DNA of 64,000 nucleotides, taken from assembly GCA_017499595.2 (NCBI GenBank), contig CM039003.1, forward strand, positions 1,178,001-1,242,000, read 5' to 3'. Position 1 is the first letter of the stretch. Every line of letters starts with the position of its first letter. Both the position numbers and the translations under genes were made by a program. The notes beneath the pieces are model-generated. The model made no database searches. It was given only the letters and a program-made list of their open reading frames with translations, and was not told where the DNA came from. This DNA is from Psilocybe cubensis (lineage: Eukaryota). This document shows positions 62,601 to 64,000 of the stretch, piece by piece.

Positions 62601-64000
62601 ATTCAGCAGGCCTGAACATGCTGACTTCTTGACATGTAACATCGCTAGAGGCGTTAGAAAACAATCCTGCAGATTGTATGATGCCATCTACTTCTCGCTT
62701 TAACAACACCTCTCTGCGGTATGCCTCACCAATCTCTTCATAATCTAAATGATCTTCACCGAATTCAAGGCCGACAAAGTCGTTGTATTGATCGTCGAGA
62801 CCGCAACCATCAGGATAGAGTTCATCCGTGTAAACATCTTGTTGTTCTCCGTCTTTCCTTCTTAACTGTGCGTGAAAATCGTCTCTGTCGTCTAAACATT
62901 CATATCGCAGATTAAAGTTATCCATTAGTTTCAACTGTCGGTCGGAAAAAGCGTAAATGGTGAATGCATGTTCCCAAGTCTGATGCAATGATTTCAAATC
63001 TAACCCAGACCTCCAAGGTTTGAACAAGGTCAGCATACTGCAACAATAATACTCTCTGTCGCCTTTGTCGCGCCGTGGAAGGGGACCGCCTAGAAAATTG
63101 GGGACAATATTGTGCGCTCGGGATGAGTCACATTTGACTACGTGAGTGGAATAAAGAGGGTGCTCCTCAGTGAAACGTTCAAAACTTCTTTTGTTTATTT
63201 TAATATTTTTTCGCACACCGTCATATTTAACACGTTGATCAGAATCATCATCTGCAGGTATACCAAGACATGCATCAATGAAATCTTCCATCCCCCCGCC
63301 TTCACGTATGTCGGACGCATGATCATCTTCGAAGGTGAGTGTTTCACTACGCAAACGCTCCATTTCATTTTTAGTGAGCTTACGGCGCTCATAAGATCTA
63401 ATCCAGTCGAATAGAGACATGTCTTCTTGAGTGACTGGGCGGTATTTATAATCATCTACATTACTAGAACCTACATAATGACCGTCATGTCGAGCTAATA
63501 TAACTTTCTGTTCTTCATCTTCAGCATTTTCTAGATCCTCTACGGTAGGTAGGTGGGCGGCTTGGTCATCAGTGATACCGGATTTATGACTGCTCCTTGC
63601 GTCACTTACAAAACTTCTCCACCAAAAAGGTACAAAGGTATGATCAGTGTAATGATCAGGGTTGCCCAATAAATACAAGGAGGCCATCGGAGAACCTATC
63701 TCCATCTTAGAAGACAGAGAGTTGACAATTTTAAGCATCAACCTTCTGCCTGCGTCTTTACCTTCAATCTTGACATCGTCTTTAACTTTTTTTTCTTCAC
63801 GTTCAAACACGTCATACATAGAGGTAAATATCTGATACGTTTTCAATGCGGGTTTGCTAATATAGTCTGATATATAATATATTATTGCTTTTATCGAAGT
63901 ACCCGACAACAGACATGTCACGTCGGTATTACTTCTTGTGAGGTACGACAGCGGAAGAGTAAAGGTATTTAACATCGCTTCCAACTTTTTCAAAAATATG
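59623..64000 (-). CDS. RepHel transposase, copy 2 (C-terminal half; truncated by window edge)
   Basis: Translation matches the C-terminal ~1455 aa of the copy-1 RepHel. Confidence 0.93.
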   Translation of the reverse strand, partial: IFLKKLEAMLNTFTLPLSYLTRSNTDVTCLLSGTSIKAIIYYISDYISKPALKTYQIFTSMYDVFEREEKKVKDDVKIEGKDAGRRLMLKIVNSLSSKMEIGSPMASLYLLGNPDHYTDHTFVPFWWRSFVSDARSSHKSGITDDQAAHLPTVEDLENAEDEEQKVILARHDGHYVGSSNVDDYKYRPVTQEDMSLFDWIRSYERRKLTKNEMERLRSETLTFEDDHASDIREGGGMEDFIDACLGIPADDDSDQRVKYDGVRKNIKINKRSFERFTEEHPLYSTHVVKCDSSRAHNIVPNFLGGPLPRRDKGDREYYCCSMLTLFKPWRSGLDLKSLHQTWEHAFTIYAFSDRQLKLMDNFNLRYECLDDRDDFHAQLRRKDGEQQDVYTDELYPDGCGLDDQYNDFVGLEFGEDHLDYEEIGEAYRREVLLKREVDGIIQSAGLFSNASSDVTCQEVSMFRPAEYKTHTSWASLIKAEKIRLFKQKLSGYVPSDPSDDITNIHISNEESTNDVKVVSSDYLLRSYKAKQMEHNVLVDSTVADFTLNTEQERAFRIVANHASLLSPGQLRMHLGGMGGTGKSQVIKSIIHMFESRGESHRFVVLAPTGTAAALLNGSTYHSVLGIRSKSDRGQDFSKNEVAVINDVRARLKGVKYIFIDEISMLSSRDLYAISRRLSQVFNDDTLFGGISMILAGDFAQLPPVGNLPFYSPSIKHTQDARMKVSEQEATLGKIFWHQFTTVVILKQNMRQKTQTEEDAKLRTALENMRYAACTDADISFLKSRLASKLTTIEGKPILTDPAFRNVSVITAWNNQKDRFNEQGIARYAKESGRTLHHFFSVDSLGTQEGETRRPRGRPSGSSKATKQTKMSQRLQEALWGRSACSSEQVPAKLSLCVGLPVMIRHNDATELCITKGQEAVVVGWESSVGAFGRPVLDTLFVELIRPPNPVSLADLPVNVVPLTRTSSRVTCTLKSGTKINVNRQQVLVLPNFAMTDYSSQGKTRDYNLIHLDHCKDHSSYYTCVSRSSNASGTILLGRFDASKITKGISGHLRQEFRELNILDHITTMKYNGQLPDGVLHGLRNPTIRSFMLLDVSQSIGTDWHPTLAVSSSKQLIRTPEKDGTWSLNSVKAIVTDRAKDKRNKRQPIRSDCIGPRKRMLLSTPSEFAVLPVGTKWDADNYSCSYDSIFTVLYNLWISAPEMWTNRFSDLTPLLDRLSGQFALVQNGSISLESARNDVRNDMHSRSPLDFPMGPNMTYIDRVMTAVMGQRSSGMSVLVCSKCGYNDQRPVMRLGEYISVARTGVFHDDSQEVSSISDSLGFNLSDAQRLSSKNCPSCAQNQHIVYMSLCHKVERLPYIMTVDICSPRFAINPDIMFKSDSFNVEYKLTGVVYGGQHHFVSRYVDLQGDVWFHDGITTGNRCVKEGNVHDLVNDVSQWLRISVNGGNLKHALYAIYARE

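Larger units (their letters stand above)
50618..64000 (-). mobile_element. Helitron2-type element, copy 2 (3' 13.4 kb; continues beyond the window)
   Basis: Every ORF of copy 1 from 21583 onward recurs with the same translation at a constant offset of 29629 nt. Identity begins at the element terminus; the outside flank differs (GATCT vs CATTAG). Confidence 0.93.

Noticed and set aside
20987-64000. A 29.6-kb tandem segmental duplication, or an element that includes the GH17 genes
   Set aside because: Sequence upstream of the two copies is unrelated, and a matching inverted repeat/hairpin closes the element at ~45203, so 45204-50617 is best read as host DNA.
1-64000. CRISPR arrays, rRNA, tRNA, LTR or tyrosine-recombinase (Starship) elements
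   Set aside because: No repeat-spacer arrays, RNA-gene signatures, RT/integrase or recombinase motifs were recognised.

Overview
Eukaryotic DNA from a mushroom-forming basidiomycete (inferred from short GT-AG introns and Agaricomycete-type gene families; species not determined). 1-17.5 kb is host gene space: F-box/LRR, RPS19, PrxQ peroxiredoxin, nitronate monooxygenase, Mps1 kinase, two secreted proteins, and a GNAT acetyltransferase whose stop codon overlaps the start codon of a cation/H+ antiporter (TAATG). About 20989-45203 is a complete ~24.2 kb Helitron2/Helentron-type rolling-circle transposon on the minus strand. I could define both ends: a 10-bp asymmetric inverted repeat, two hairpins with cGNAg triloops, and a TT target. 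It encodes a ~2,800-aa HUH-Rep/PIF1 helicase with a C-terminal USP-like Cys protease. Its intron-containing cargo is an Spt5 (NGN+KOW) elongation-factor paralogue, two putative OB-fold/SSB-like proteins, a PTH11-like membrane protein and a Zn-finger protein. After a tandem GH17 glucanase cluster that spans an assembly gap, an apparently identical second copy starts at 50618 with a different flank and runs off the window. Domain calls come from motif reading by eye; no searches were run.
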